Below are positions 9,229 through 17,798 of a stretch of DNA of 32,816 bases, one piece after another. The stretch comes from a virus (lineage: Duplodnaviria; Caudoviricetes). Under the pieces are notes generated by a model. The model searched no databases. It saw only the letters and a list, made by a program, of their open reading frames with translations, and was not told where the DNA came from. The number at the start of each line of letters is the position of its first letter. Positions within the stretch are counted from its first letter, which is position 1. The translations under genes and the position numbers were made by a program. The stretch lies in the IMG/VR virus record IMGVR_UViG_3300044512_002141, positions 1 to 32,816 of that record. One strand, given 5' to 3'.

Positions 9229-9348
9229 AAATAGTCTAAGAAAGTCTCAAAAAATCTCTAACAAAATCAATAACTTAGGTACGCCCCAAAAGTCTAATGA
9301 AATCAAAGACTTAGAGGTGTACTTTTTCTGTGCCTGCTGTATAATGGT
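9229..9348 (+). promoter_or_regulatory. Early promoter cassette copy 1 with two IHF-consensus boxes
   Basis: AATCAAtaacTTA 9265-9277, AATCAAagacTTA 9301-9313, GTGTAC(9317)-N17-TATAAT(9340). Near-duplicate of 32050-32160. Confidence 0.8.
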
Positions 9349-9382
9349 CCTTGTCAAATAGAGATTAACTAGGAAAAAACAT

Positions 9383-9685
9383 ATGGCAACTTTCACTGTA
9401 CATCAGGTTCAAAACAAGCACGACTGTCCTGCTCGTATTCGTTTTGATGATAACTATCAAGCTGGTGACTTCGATCACTATACTCCAGTCTTTCGTGTAG
9501 ATGCTGACGATCTTAATCACGTCTTCGCACTGACTAATCATTGGGGTGATCGTGAGCGTGTACTACGACTCGATCGTGGTCATTCTACTAGTGTAGGTGA
9601 CATCATCGAAACCCATGGCGGTGAGTATGGTCACGCCTTTTGGATGGTTTCTTTCGGTGGCTTTGACAAGTTGGAGGTACTCTAA
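9383..9685 (+). CDS. Hypothetical early protein
   Basis: AGGA RBS. The HSTSVGDII motif recalls YodL-like phage proteins. Confidence 0.75.
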   Translation: MATFTVHQVQNKHDCPARIRFDDNYQAGDFDHYTPVFRVDADDLNHVFALTNHWGDRERVLRLDRGHSTSVGDIIETHGGEYGHAFWMVSFGGFDKLEVL

Positions 9686-9765
9686 TGAGAGATACAATTA
9701 CAGGAATTTTGGTAGTGTCGGCACTCGGCGCTTTGTTGGGTGTAATGATGGGAATGGCAATATAA
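9685..9765 (+). CDS. 26-aa hydrophobic peptide MRDTITGILVVSALGALLGVMMGMAI (not in ORF track)
   Basis: TAATG overlaps at both ends, so it fills the gap between neighbours exactly. Confidence 0.65.
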   Translation: MRDTITGILVVSALGALLGVMMGMAI

Positions 9766-9986
9766 TGAGTAAGCAAGAAGCTTTTGAAGAAATGTGCATC
9801 ATCAAAAATATGATGGAAGAACACGCTAGCGAGCTCCGCTCAATCATGCGTAAGTTGTTTCCTGATCAGTTCTATCTAGGTAGTGCTTACGATGTATTTG
9901 ATGTCACTAGTAGCAGTAATCCTTACGATGTGTCTATCGATTCTTTGCTCGAGTCTATCGCTGAAGAAAATGAGGAGATTTATTAA
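9765..9986 (+). CDS. Hypothetical acidic protein (MSKQEAFEE...)
   Basis: TAATG coupling. This is the 3' part of track ORF 9597..9986. Confidence 0.7.
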   Translation: MSKQEAFEEMCIIKNMMEEHASELRSIMRKLFPDQFYLGSAYDVFDVTSSSNPYDVSIDSLLESIAEENEEIY

Positions 9987-10294
9987 TGGAAGTGCGTGAA
10001 GGTAGAAGTCCTAGCTACGTGTGTTCTTTAGATCCACAGTCATGCGTGGATATGGAAATCCTCGGTGCTATCAAGCGTAGCATTAAAGCAGCGAATGCTG
10101 ATGTTCAGTGGGAACAAACAGATTGGGGTCCGCTCGTTAAAGTACGCAAACGTGTCCGTGTCAAAGGTCGCGAAGCAATTGAAAAAGTAAATGGTCGAAG
10201 TTATACTTGGGCTGGAGATTTACTTGGTGGCTTAGGTAATGCTAAGCGGTTTGATGTTTATATTCATGATGATAGGAAGTATAAGTATGAGTGA
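9986..10294 (+). CDS. Hypothetical protein
   Basis: GAGGAG RBS and TAATG coupling. Confidence 0.75.
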   Translation: MEVREGRSPSYVCSLDPQSCVDMEILGAIKRSIKAANADVQWEQTDWGPLVKVRKRVRVKGREAIEKVNGRSYTWAGDLLGGLGNAKRFDVYIHDDRKYKYE

Positions 10295-10472
10295 AGAAGT
10301 AAAGTGGTACTGCCGTGGTCGGGCAGGTGAGGAAGTGCTCAGCATCTTAGAGCAACTTTGTGAAGGCCCTTTCCAACTGTCAGACACGCAAGTCGCAGCG
10401 CAACTGCAGCGTTTTGGTCTTACAGCTTTCGAAGCTGTCGAAGAAGTTGTTAAGTTCAAAGAGGAGGGCTAG
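10287..10472 (+). CDS. Hypothetical protein (MSEEVKWYC...)
   Basis: AGGAAG upstream, overlaps the previous stop. Confidence 0.6.
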   Translation: MSEEVKWYCRGRAGEEVLSILEQLCEGPFQLSDTQVAAQLQRFGLTAFEAVEEVVKFKEEG

Positions 10473-11089
10473 TGAAAACTAATCACTACCGTTTACCGAA
10501 CCAGCTGAGAGCCCAATGTAAGGGCCTCGGTATGGATGAGCTAGAGATTTTCAAGTATGAAACCTACTGGCTCAAAAAGAATCAGGTATTGCGTACAGGC
10601 AAACAAGCTTCTGTGGACAGCGAGAAGCAAAAAGTCTACGATGCTGAATGGAAATTTCAAAAGAAAGTAGACATCACAAAGTTCAAAGACATCAGAGAAG
10701 CTGAGAAGCGCATGAAGCAGATCACGAGTAGTAAGCTATGGTCTGACTTAAGGGGCAAAACAACTACTCTGCATCACTCTGGTCGTATGAAGCGATATGC
10801 TGGTATGGCGTACTGGACTGGCAAGATCAAGCTCGCCAATTCGGGTCTCGATGAGTATACATTGATTCACGAACTAGCACATCAAACACCGAATGCTATG
10901 CATCACGGTGTACAATTCCGTATTAATGTGGTAAGATTAGTATCTAGATTTATGGGTACTGACGCCGCTAAAGAATTGAAAGCACAGTTTAAGAAACGTA
11001 AGCTGAAGCTATCAATGTCACAGCCACGGTCCCCTGAGTCGTGGTTTAAATCTTACAAGCGAATGGAACAATTAAGGAAATCGTTATGA
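10472..11089 (+). CDS. SprT-like / zincin metalloprotein
   Basis: LIHELAH (HExxH) followed by HHGVQF. GGAGG RBS and GTG start. Confidence 0.75.
   Translation: MKTNHYRLPNQLRAQCKGLGMDELEIFKYETYWLKKNQVLRTGKQASVDSEKQKVYDAEWKFQKKVDITKFKDIREAEKRMKQITSSKLWSDLRGKTTTLHHSGRMKRYAGMAYWTGKIKLANSGLDEYTLIHELAHQTPNAMHHGVQFRINVVRLVSRFMGTDAAKELKAQFKKRKLKLSMSQPRSPESWFKSYKRMEQLRKSL
10997..11089 (+). repeat. 93-bp diverged direct repeat, copy 1 (3' end of SprT-like gene)
   Basis: Encodes RKLKLSMSQPRSPESWFKSYKRMEQLRKSL*, colinear with 11431-11523. Confidence 0.92.
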
Positions 11090-11430
11090 GTAGTAGTAAA
11101 GTAACAATCAAAAATTTGACTGATTTAACATCTCATTGGGGATATCTAAAAGGCGGTGTAGTGCAGCTAGTCGATGTCACTATTGATGCTGGTCTATATA
11201 CACAAAAAGCTAGAAACGTTCAGTTGTTTGATCGTCAGACAGGTACCCGAATAAAGTTGCCTTCAGCTGATCCTATTTCTTATAATTTGATTGCAGCGTC
11301 AGATAAAATCTTACCTAAAAAGCGAGTTGATAGAACATTAGCTGGTATTTTGTATGCAGCAAAAATGGCATATAAATGCACGCGTGGTAGAAATGATCAA
11401 AGATTTTGTGTAACTTATGAGGTAGATTAA
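11086..11430 (+). CDS. Hypothetical basic protein between the two repeat copies
   Basis: ATGA overlap, 114 aa, AT-rich codon use. Confidence 0.7.
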   Translation: MSSSKVTIKNLTDLTSHWGYLKGGVVQLVDVTIDAGLYTQKARNVQLFDRQTGTRIKLPSADPISYNLIAASDKILPKKRVDRTLAGILYAAKMAYKCTRGRNDQRFCVTYEVD

Positions 11431-11523
11431 CGTAAGCTGAAGATGTCTATGCCTCAGCCTCGTTCTCCTGAATCATGGTACAAATCTTACAAGCGAATGG
11501 AAGAAATGCGAGAAAAATTATGA
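11431..11523 (+). pseudogene. Orphaned alternative 3' end of the SprT-like gene (repeat copy 2)
   Basis: Encodes RKLKMSMPQPRSPESWYKSYKRMEEMREKL*. Same length as copy 1, with many synonymous differences. Confidence 0.88.
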
Positions 11524-12005
11524 TAGATGCAAGCGCTGTAATTACTGACTTCAATGGTGTTTATGATTGGATAGTCACTGAAGAGTTTATTAAACATCGC
11601 GATATCTTTGCTGAACAATTATCAGGTAAAGGTACAGTACGAAGAGCTGATTGCACTGTTGCTGAATACGTTTTGGCTGAACACATACCAAGTTTTAAAT
11701 TAACACCAACAAGTCAATTCGAAAATGATTTGTTATGCGAAACTTATAAATATCTAGATGCTAAACAGTTTGCAAAAGCTGGTGTAAAAGTTGGTGATTT
11801 TCCAATAGAAAGTGTAAAGAAAGGCAAAATAAATTATTTTCCAGTGTGGAAATTTCTGCCTAATAATCAATATCCTGGACCACTGATTGAAAGTCAAGGT
11901 ATAGATATTAAATTGTTAGGATTAGTTCCAGCTGAATTAGCAATAGAAAATTTACAAGACGTAAAAGGTGAAAAAAGATTTATATTTCCTGAGGAATTAT
12001 TATGA
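11520..12005 (+). CDS. Hypothetical protein, possibly PD-(D/E)xK nuclease-like
   Basis: ATGA overlap with the remnant stop. AEYVL...NDLL...YLDAKQ resembles the E...D...DxK spacing, weakly. Confidence 0.55.
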   Translation: MIDASAVITDFNGVYDWIVTEEFIKHRDIFAEQLSGKGTVRRADCTVAEYVLAEHIPSFKLTPTSQFENDLLCETYKYLDAKQFAKAGVKVGDFPIESVKKGKINYFPVWKFLPNNQYPGPLIESQGIDIKLLGLVPAELAIENLQDVKGEKRFIFPEELL

Positions 12006-12376
12006 AAGAATCTCTTAAAGTCCTGCAAGAATGTGCAGAAGTACAACTCAAAAAGTCTAACGACTATCAGAATGAGTACTCACGCATTCGTCAAGCAGAT
12101 TACTATCCTCGTGGCATTGCCACTATCACAGATCTTATCTACGCTAAAGTTCTTCGTATGCAATCAGTCATCGAAGCTAGCGAAAAAGATCCTGAGTATC
12201 AACCTAACTACGAGTCAATCGAAGACTCAGCTAAAGACTTGATCAACTATGCATCGTTCGTAGTATCATACATGCGTGGTAAGATGGAAGGTCAAGAACC
12301 TGATCGTGACATGCTCAATCGAGTAACTACTATTCCTAACAAAATGCCGGAGACGCCACTTGTTAAAAGTGAATGA
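12002..12376 (+). CDS. DUF1599-like nucleotide-modification-associated protein
   Basis: KKSNDY, K..R, ESIEDSAKDLINYA motifs. Directly upstream of the hydroxymethylase. Confidence 0.72.
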   Translation: MKESLKVLQECAEVQLKKSNDYQNEYSRIRQADYYPRGIATITDLIYAKVLRMQSVIEASEKDPEYQPNYESIEDSAKDLINYASFVVSYMRGKMEGQEPDRDMLNRVTTIPNKMPETPLVKSE

Positions 12377-13034
12377 AATACGTCAACACTTTATTGACGA
12401 ACTAAAAGCAGAACGATTTACAACTGATCGACTTGGTGATAAGACTATCGAGTTGATCGGCGCTTCGTTCCTTGCCGATGAACCTGCAGTTTTTGGTGAA
12501 CCAAACGAAGAGTATATCGAAGCCGAACTCGGTTGGTACTACTCTCGGTCGACTAACATCGACGACATCTATGCCAATCTGAAAGAACCACCAAAGGCGT
12601 GGCAGTATGCAGCCAATGCACATGGAGAAATCAATTCTAATTATGGACATCTTATCCTTTCCGACAAATACTACAACCAATATGAACGATGTTTGGCCGA
12701 ACTCATGGCAAATCGAGATACCCGCCGAGCATGCATGGTCTACAACCGACCAAGTATCTGGCTCGAATACAATGAAAATGGTAAAAGTGATTTCATATGT
12801 ACGAACGCCGTCACCTACTATATCCGAGGGAATAAGCTCCACAGCTGTGTACAGATGCGTTCCAACGACGTCATCTTCGGTTACAGAAATGACTACGCAT
12901 GGCAAAAGCACGTCTTAGATAAAATGGTTGATGATCTCAATCATAAAAACTTTGATCATGTAGAACCAGGTGACATCTATTGGCAAGTGCAGAATCTCCA
13001 CGTTTATGAAAAACATTTTGATCTGGTAAAGTAA
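12360..13034 (+). CDS. gp42: dCMP hydroxymethylase, T4 gp42 family (thymidylate synthase fold)
   Basis: Colinear with T4 gp42 as recalled: KTIELIGASFLADEP, GEINSNYG, SDFICTN (catalytic Cys), MRSNDVIFGYRNDYAWQ (Asp at the dCMP-specificity position), LHVYEKHF. Confidence 0.9.
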   Translation: MLKVNEIRQHFIDELKAERFTTDRLGDKTIELIGASFLADEPAVFGEPNEEYIEAELGWYYSRSTNIDDIYANLKEPPKAWQYAANAHGEINSNYGHLILSDKYYNQYERCLAELMANRDTRRACMVYNRPSIWLEYNENGKSDFICTNAVTYYIRGNKLHSCVQMRSNDVIFGYRNDYAWQKHVLDKMVDDLNHKNFDHVEPGDIYWQVQNLHVYEKHFDLVK

Positions 13035-13219
13035 TGATCGAGAGTAAACGAATTCTATTTAGTTGTGCAGATTCAGACAACTCTACTGTAACTTTTGAGT
13101 TTAACGCAATCGAAATGTCCACATTTGAAATGTTTATGCAGTGGGTTCGTTTTATGAATGCGATTGGTTATATTCTTGATCCAGAAGAAATGGAAGAAAT
13201 GTGGAATGGGATTAAATAA
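13034..13219 (+). CDS. Hypothetical protein
   Basis: TAATG-coupled 61-aa ORF. Confidence 0.65.
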   Translation: MIESKRILFSCADSDNSTVTFEFNAIEMSTFEMFMQWVRFMNAIGYILDPEEMEEMWNGIK

Positions 13220-13220
13220 T

Positions 13221-13523
13221 ATGGAAAAGAGTTATATCGAAATTGATGCAGGTCCATGGTTGACTTGCGACGGTGACATTGAAGTTTGCGTTTACATTGG
13301 AGAAGGTACATGTGAACCAAATCATACTTCAAAGGTAAGTCTCAAAGAATTAGTAGATCGTGAGTTAGAAAGTATGATTCCAGGTGTTATTCCTAAGGAT
13401 GGTGATACGAAATCTGGGAAGATCGCAGAGTATCACAAAGATGATGTCAAACGACTGCTAGAAAGTTTGAGAGAGTTGTACTATTATGCAGGTGGTCGAG
13501 CAGAGGAATTGGGTTGTGAGTAA
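13221..13523 (+). CDS. Hypothetical protein (MEKSYIEID...)
   Basis: ATG just after the previous stop. Confidence 0.65.
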   Translation: MEKSYIEIDAGPWLTCDGDIEVCVYIGEGTCEPNHTSKVSLKELVDRELESMIPGVIPKDGDTKSGKIAEYHKDDVKRLLESLRELYYYAGGRAEELGCE

Positions 13524-13749
13524 TGCAATTTTTGATTTAGAACAACAAATCCAAGAATGCTGGAAAGTCACAGATGATATTGACATGGTAACTAAGTATC
13601 TAGTAGATGATTCAGATGGATATACCGATGATGATGTTATGAATAAGTATTTTGCCATCAAAGAATTATACGAGCTTAAATTTAATCAGATGTGGGCTAC
13701 TTTCGAAACAGTATGCAAAGAATATCATGAAGCGAAAAAGAAATGCTAG
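13516..13749 (+). CDS. Hypothetical protein
   Basis: GAGGA RBS and GTG start. FDLEQQIQECW..TDDI looks like a recurrent phage motif. Confidence 0.7.
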   Translation: MSNAIFDLEQQIQECWKVTDDIDMVTKYLVDDSDGYTDDDVMNKYFAIKELYELKFNQMWATFETVCKEYHEAKKKC

Positions 13750-13762
13750 TTAGAGGTTTAAA

Positions 13763-13975
13763 ATGTCATACAGAGTTCACAACGACAACAACGGAACATA
13801 TCAGGACGTAGAAGGCTATGATGAACTCATACGTCTGCAGTGGGAAGCCAAAGGATCATATGTTCCCAGAGTAACATACACACCGCCTCATGATTGTGAC
13901 ATTTGGGGTTATGTTAACCCGCATACTATGAATAACGATTTTGCCACATCAACTGATGATGTGATAATTGGGTAA
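13763..13975 (+). CDS. Hypothetical protein
   Basis: GAGG RBS, 70 aa. Confidence 0.6.
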   Translation: MSYRVHNDNNGTYQDVEGYDELIRLQWEAKGSYVPRVTYTPPHDCDIWGYVNPHTMNNDFATSTDDVIIG

Positions 13976-13980
13976 TATGA

Positions 13981-15147
13981 ATGATTGAACCAACTCGATA
14001 TTACGATGAGTTCCTTAAGTATTTTGATCTAGCACTCAGTCAACAGAAAAAGTGTAACGTATCAGTAGGCGCTCCGTACGGTATGATCAAACATGCTGAG
14101 AGTGACATGGGCGATGATCTGATGGAACACGTTGAGCTATACGATGTAGTTGAACGTAAGTACGCTGGCTTCTCTCAGATCGTCAATGATGTGTTCTATG
14201 GTTGGACTGATAAGCATCCATATTGGAAGAAGATGGAAGCTGGTATGGTGACACGCCAGCGTGAGCAGGTCGCAAAAGATTGGACAGGCAAACACGCTGA
14301 CTTCGGTTTACCTGAATGGCTCTACATCTTCATCCTGCATCGTGTGACAGGCTCTGCGATTAACTACGCAACCAAACCTTCAGGTTATCACAACACCATT
14401 CTCTTTAATCTTCATCAGTCGAAAAACATCGAAGAGATGGTTGGACTGATGCGGCATTATCCTGCACCATTTTATACATCAGTTGGTTATCAGTTCCCTG
14501 CATTTCCTAAACCACAAGATGGTTACAAAAAAGGCGGTGACTATTTTCTCGGTGAGTATGCACCTCGTTTGGCAAGAGAAATGGCAGAGTGGCTAGAATC
14601 AGGTGGCAAGCGAGATCTACGAGAGATTGGCGAGTTTATGCTCGAGTGGAATGTCAAGAATGGATTACGTAAGTATCATTTTCAATACGCTGCAGTCATA
14701 GCTGACGTTGCAGATTGGTATCCACAGTATGTAAACTTAGACAGCATGTTCTATTACGGTACAAATGCTGTAGAATGTATATCATATCTTGCAAAGCCTA
14801 CACAGAAGATGAAGAAAGAAGTCTTTCTCGACGCTGTGATGGAAAAGATATATAATGATACAGGAAGTGTACCGTATAATGCTGAAGATGTATGTTGTGA
14901 CTTCATTCGTTATGTTGAGAACTATGTACGCCCAGGTCCGGACTACGATCATCTCGACTATGACAATTTGTGGTCATCATGTGGCATCAAAGACCATCCG
15001 TACGGTAGACAGAAGTATATGCTTGAACTCGGTCTTGTCGATACATTTAATGGTATGAAGAATCATCCATCAGATGATGTTATCCTCAAGGCAAATAATA
15101 TGAACGTTTCTGAATATCAAAAATTATGTCACTCACTCACTTCTTAG
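13981..15147 (+). CDS. Putative aG/PT-pyrophosphorylase / amino acid:DNA transferase-like base-modification enzyme (paralog 1)
   Basis: C-terminal FQYAAVIADV...DSMFYYGTNAVECI...NAEDVCCDFIRY fits the F.A....D / G.GA..GL / E..LCE..KY pattern of this helical family. Located next to gp42. Confidence 0.55.
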   Translation: MIEPTRYYDEFLKYFDLALSQQKKCNVSVGAPYGMIKHAESDMGDDLMEHVELYDVVERKYAGFSQIVNDVFYGWTDKHPYWKKMEAGMVTRQREQVAKDWTGKHADFGLPEWLYIFILHRVTGSAINYATKPSGYHNTILFNLHQSKNIEEMVGLMRHYPAPFYTSVGYQFPAFPKPQDGYKKGGDYFLGEYAPRLAREMAEWLESGGKRDLREIGEFMLEWNVKNGLRKYHFQYAAVIADVADWYPQYVNLDSMFYYGTNAVECISYLAKPTQKMKKEVFLDAVMEKIYNDTGSVPYNAEDVCCDFIRYVENYVRPGPDYDHLDYDNLWSSCGIKDHPYGRQKYMLELGLVDTFNGMKNHPSDDVILKANNMNVSEYQKLCHSLTS

Positions 15148-16124
15148 GCGAACACGAACACGACATCCAATATCCAAAAATTGCCGAAGTAGAATTAAAG
15201 AACGGCAAACCAATTGAAAGTTGGATGAAAGACTGGTGTCAAGAAGCTCGAACGAATAAGTTTTTCGAGTTTTGTCGTGCCTATGACGAACGTCAAGATT
15301 TTCTACTCAAGAATAACTATCAACAGTTCTCACATCGTTTGCACTGGCATGAGTGTCCGTTTGTCGACGAGATGAAGAAAGAAACTAACAGACGTAAGTT
15401 GATCGAGGCTTGTGTCTTATTCTCATTTAGTAATGAGCATTGGCAGACGTTCAGAGAGTGGCGAGATCATGGCTATGATGGCATGAAGGTACGGTTCTCA
15501 AACTATCGCCATGCGCGTTCTGATCTCTTTCAGATCTATTATCCGAAAGATACGAAGGTCAAAGATTGGCTAATCGAAGTACCACGTCGCGTAGCTCTCG
15601 ATATTGATTCGATGTTTGTTGAACGACAAACTATTCGACCATTTACAATGATGGAATTTGCTAAGAAGATGAACATCATCATGGTACGCGACTATGGTTT
15701 CCGGAATGCCATGTATCCATCGAAGAATGCTGCTCGCCATATTGCAATGTCACATCCTAAACTGGTAGATCCCGACTCGTTCCTACATGGTGGTACGGGT
15801 TATTTTGATGGACTATCACAGGTGTTTAACTGTCCTCACCTCATGAGTAAGTCGAAGTATGAGATCGACGAGGATGGTCAGTACGTCCCTATGAATAAGT
15901 GGGCAGAGATGCAAGTACAACATATGGATTATTTAAAGAATCACCCGAATAATCCTATACACACTCATCAGTATCTCAACTTAGAAGACAAGTTATGTAT
16001 GCATTATAAGTTTATGTCGATGAAACTTGGTGAGAAAAAGCAAACAAAGATGATCCCATATGATTGGGTTTATCCACAAAAATGGTCATTAAAGACCAAT
16101 AGGTATGATCGTGTTTCTTCTTGA
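15126..16124 (+). CDS. Putative aG/PT-pyrophosphorylase-like protein (paralog 2)
   Basis: SHPKLVDPDSFLHGGTGYFDGL...LNLEDKLCMHYKF aligns by eye with paralog 1 (WYPQYVNLDSMFYYGTNAVECI...YNAEDVCCDFIRY). Confidence 0.5.
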   Translation: MSLTHFLGEHEHDIQYPKIAEVELKNGKPIESWMKDWCQEARTNKFFEFCRAYDERQDFLLKNNYQQFSHRLHWHECPFVDEMKKETNRRKLIEACVLFSFSNEHWQTFREWRDHGYDGMKVRFSNYRHARSDLFQIYYPKDTKVKDWLIEVPRRVALDIDSMFVERQTIRPFTMMEFAKKMNIIMVRDYGFRNAMYPSKNAARHIAMSHPKLVDPDSFLHGGTGYFDGLSQVFNCPHLMSKSKYEIDEDGQYVPMNKWAEMQVQHMDYLKNHPNNPIHTHQYLNLEDKLCMHYKFMSMKLGEKKQTKMIPYDWVYPQKWSLKTNRYDRVSS

Positions 16125-16722
16125 TAAAGCGACTGAATACATCAGGGAGCCATGGGAACTAGCAGTCATCGATGATTGTCTACCACAAGAGACAGCCGAC
16201 TATCTACGTGATAATTGGCCTACACAATTCGATGACGATATTAATCCAAATTATTTTCAAAGATTGGGTACAGCAAAAATGCATGACCCTATATTCAAAG
16301 AATTTTTTGAAGAGAATTGGAAAAGACGAGAAGAAATTAAAGTGATGGCTCATAGTTATTTGGGTTTATGCACTACCACATTTGATAATCAGCTATCACG
16401 ATGGAACTGGATGTTTTGTAACAGCGATGACCACACTAAACTAGTACGTGACTGGCATACAGATAATGTTGACAAGAAGATACAATTTATTTTGTATCTC
16501 GGAGAGGATACAGATTATACTACTTTCGAAATGATGGATGATGAAGAAAATGTAAAGAGTTTGCCATTCAAACATAACAGATTGATATTTTGGCATGCAA
16601 CTGAACACACATGGCATCGTTTCTATTTTACAAAATTTCCACGCAAGACATTGAATTTGACTTGTTTATATAATCGTTCTGAGGAACACTATTGGGGTTT
16701 AGATGAGTATAAAAATACGTAG
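16105..16722 (+). CDS. 2OG-Fe(II) oxygenase superfamily protein
   Basis: VIDDCLP N-terminus, WHTD (HxD), ILYL, NRLIF, TWH, RKTLN. Confidence 0.8.
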   Translation: MIVFLLDKATEYIREPWELAVIDDCLPQETADYLRDNWPTQFDDDINPNYFQRLGTAKMHDPIFKEFFEENWKRREEIKVMAHSYLGLCTTTFDNQLSRWNWMFCNSDDHTKLVRDWHTDNVDKKIQFILYLGEDTDYTTFEMMDDEENVKSLPFKHNRLIFWHATEHTWHRFYFTKFPRKTLNLTCLYNRSEEHYWGLDEYKNT

Positions 16723-16927
16723 AGCATTAATAGAAGCAATAACTGATACTTTGCTCGCTACTCCACTCAATATGTTGATCAGCTGGGTAATTTTATGGTT
16801 TGCATTCCAATACTTTTGGGGTCCAACAGTTACAATGCTTATACAAACTGGTATAATGTTTATCTTTGCAGTGAGTCGTAAGGTATATCTGCGTTTATAT
16901 TTTGAGAAGAGATATGAGTCACAATAA
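16703..16927 (+). CDS. Small two-TM membrane protein
   Basis: GAGGA/GGGG upstream. Two hydrophobic segments and a C-terminal RKVYLRLYF. Confidence 0.65.
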   Translation: MSIKIRRALIEAITDTLLATPLNMLISWVILWFAFQYFWGPTVTMLIQTGIMFIFAVSRKVYLRLYFEKRYESQ

Positions 16928-17798
16928 CCATATTATTGATGGGGTAAATAAAGATGTCGGTATCTTCGGATACGAGGCAGCAAAAGATTATTTCTTGGAA
17001 ATGTGTGATGGATGGACACCATACAATGATGACCCAGTTGTCAAAGTACACGATGGAGTGCGAGTTGTCAGGGACGACCTTACCGTTGGAACCAAAACTC
17101 GAGCGGGTGATCTTCTTGCTGCTCGTTGCCCGACTGATACCATGGTGTATTGTCAGCCTCGGACTGGTCTTGCCGGCGTATCTCTTCTTGACGTAGCTAA
17201 ACATCACAATAAGAAGGTGACGTTGTTTATGCCATCTTCAAAAAGAGTGTCGTTACATCAAGCTTGTTGTATTGAACGAGGAGCAGATGTACAATTTCAT
17301 CGTATTGCTGCGATGCCAAACCTAAATAAGAAGGCAAAAGAATATGCAGAAAAAGAAGGTCACTACTTCATTCCGCTTGGTCTCAGACATGAGCTCGCCA
17401 CCGCCGGAATTGTTTACACAGCTTCTCGAATACCTGAGCCTGAAGTGGTATACGTTGCTATCTCGACCGGTGTTCTTGCTCGAGCTCTTCAAATTGCATG
17501 GCCTCGAGCTGAGTTTCGTTGCGTTGCTGTTGCTCGCAACCTAAAAGCTGGAGAATTAGGTAGAGCTGAAGTAATATCAGAACCTTTACAGTTTACTCAA
17601 TCAGAGAAGAAAGAAAATCTACCTCCGTTTCCCACTATCGATACATATGACGGAAAAGTGTGGAAGTGGATACCTAAAAATACTAGTCAGGATATACTTT
17701 TCTGGAACGTAGGTACAGAACCTGTTTTACAAGATGAGACGATTTATGATAGAATAGATTCATATCGTCAGTGGGAGAAAGATCAATGCGCGGCTTAG
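16914..17798 (+). CDS. PLP-dependent enzyme, fold type II (Trp synthase beta / cysteine synthase-like)
   Basis: VRVVRDDLTVGTKTR (Schiff-base Lys), VAISTGVLARAL phosphate-binding loop, TYDGKVW, LFWNVG. Confidence 0.8.
   Translation: MSHNNHIIDGVNKDVGIFGYEAAKDYFLEMCDGWTPYNDDPVVKVHDGVRVVRDDLTVGTKTRAGDLLAARCPTDTMVYCQPRTGLAGVSLLDVAKHHNKKVTLFMPSSKRVSLHQACCIERGADVQFHRIAAMPNLNKKAKEYAEKEGHYFIPLGLRHELATAGIVYTASRIPEPEVVYVAISTGVLARALQIAWPRAEFRCVAVARNLKAGELGRAEVISEPLQFTQSEKKENLPPFPTIDTYDGKVWKWIPKNTSQDILFWNVGTEPVLQDETIYDRIDSYRQWEKDQCAA

Noticed and set aside
9229-9348. CRISPR mini-array or replication iterons from the 36-bp periodic repeats
   Set aside because: There are only two degenerate units per locus, no distinct repeat-spacer structure and no cas genes. 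They abut a promoter.
9597-9764. Long N-terminus of ORF 9597..9986
   Set aside because: The region is better explained by ORF 9383..9685 and the coupled 26-aa ORF 9685..9765.
11475-11519. N-terminal extension of ORF 11475..12005
   Set aside because: It is an off-frame reading of the duplicated gene-end remnant. ATG 11520 in the ATGA overlap is the more plausible start.
12360-13034. Ordinary thymidylate synthase or dUMP hydroxymethylase
   Set aside because: It has Asp (RND) where dUMP-specific enzymes have Asn, and it follows the T4 gp42 sequence closely along its length.
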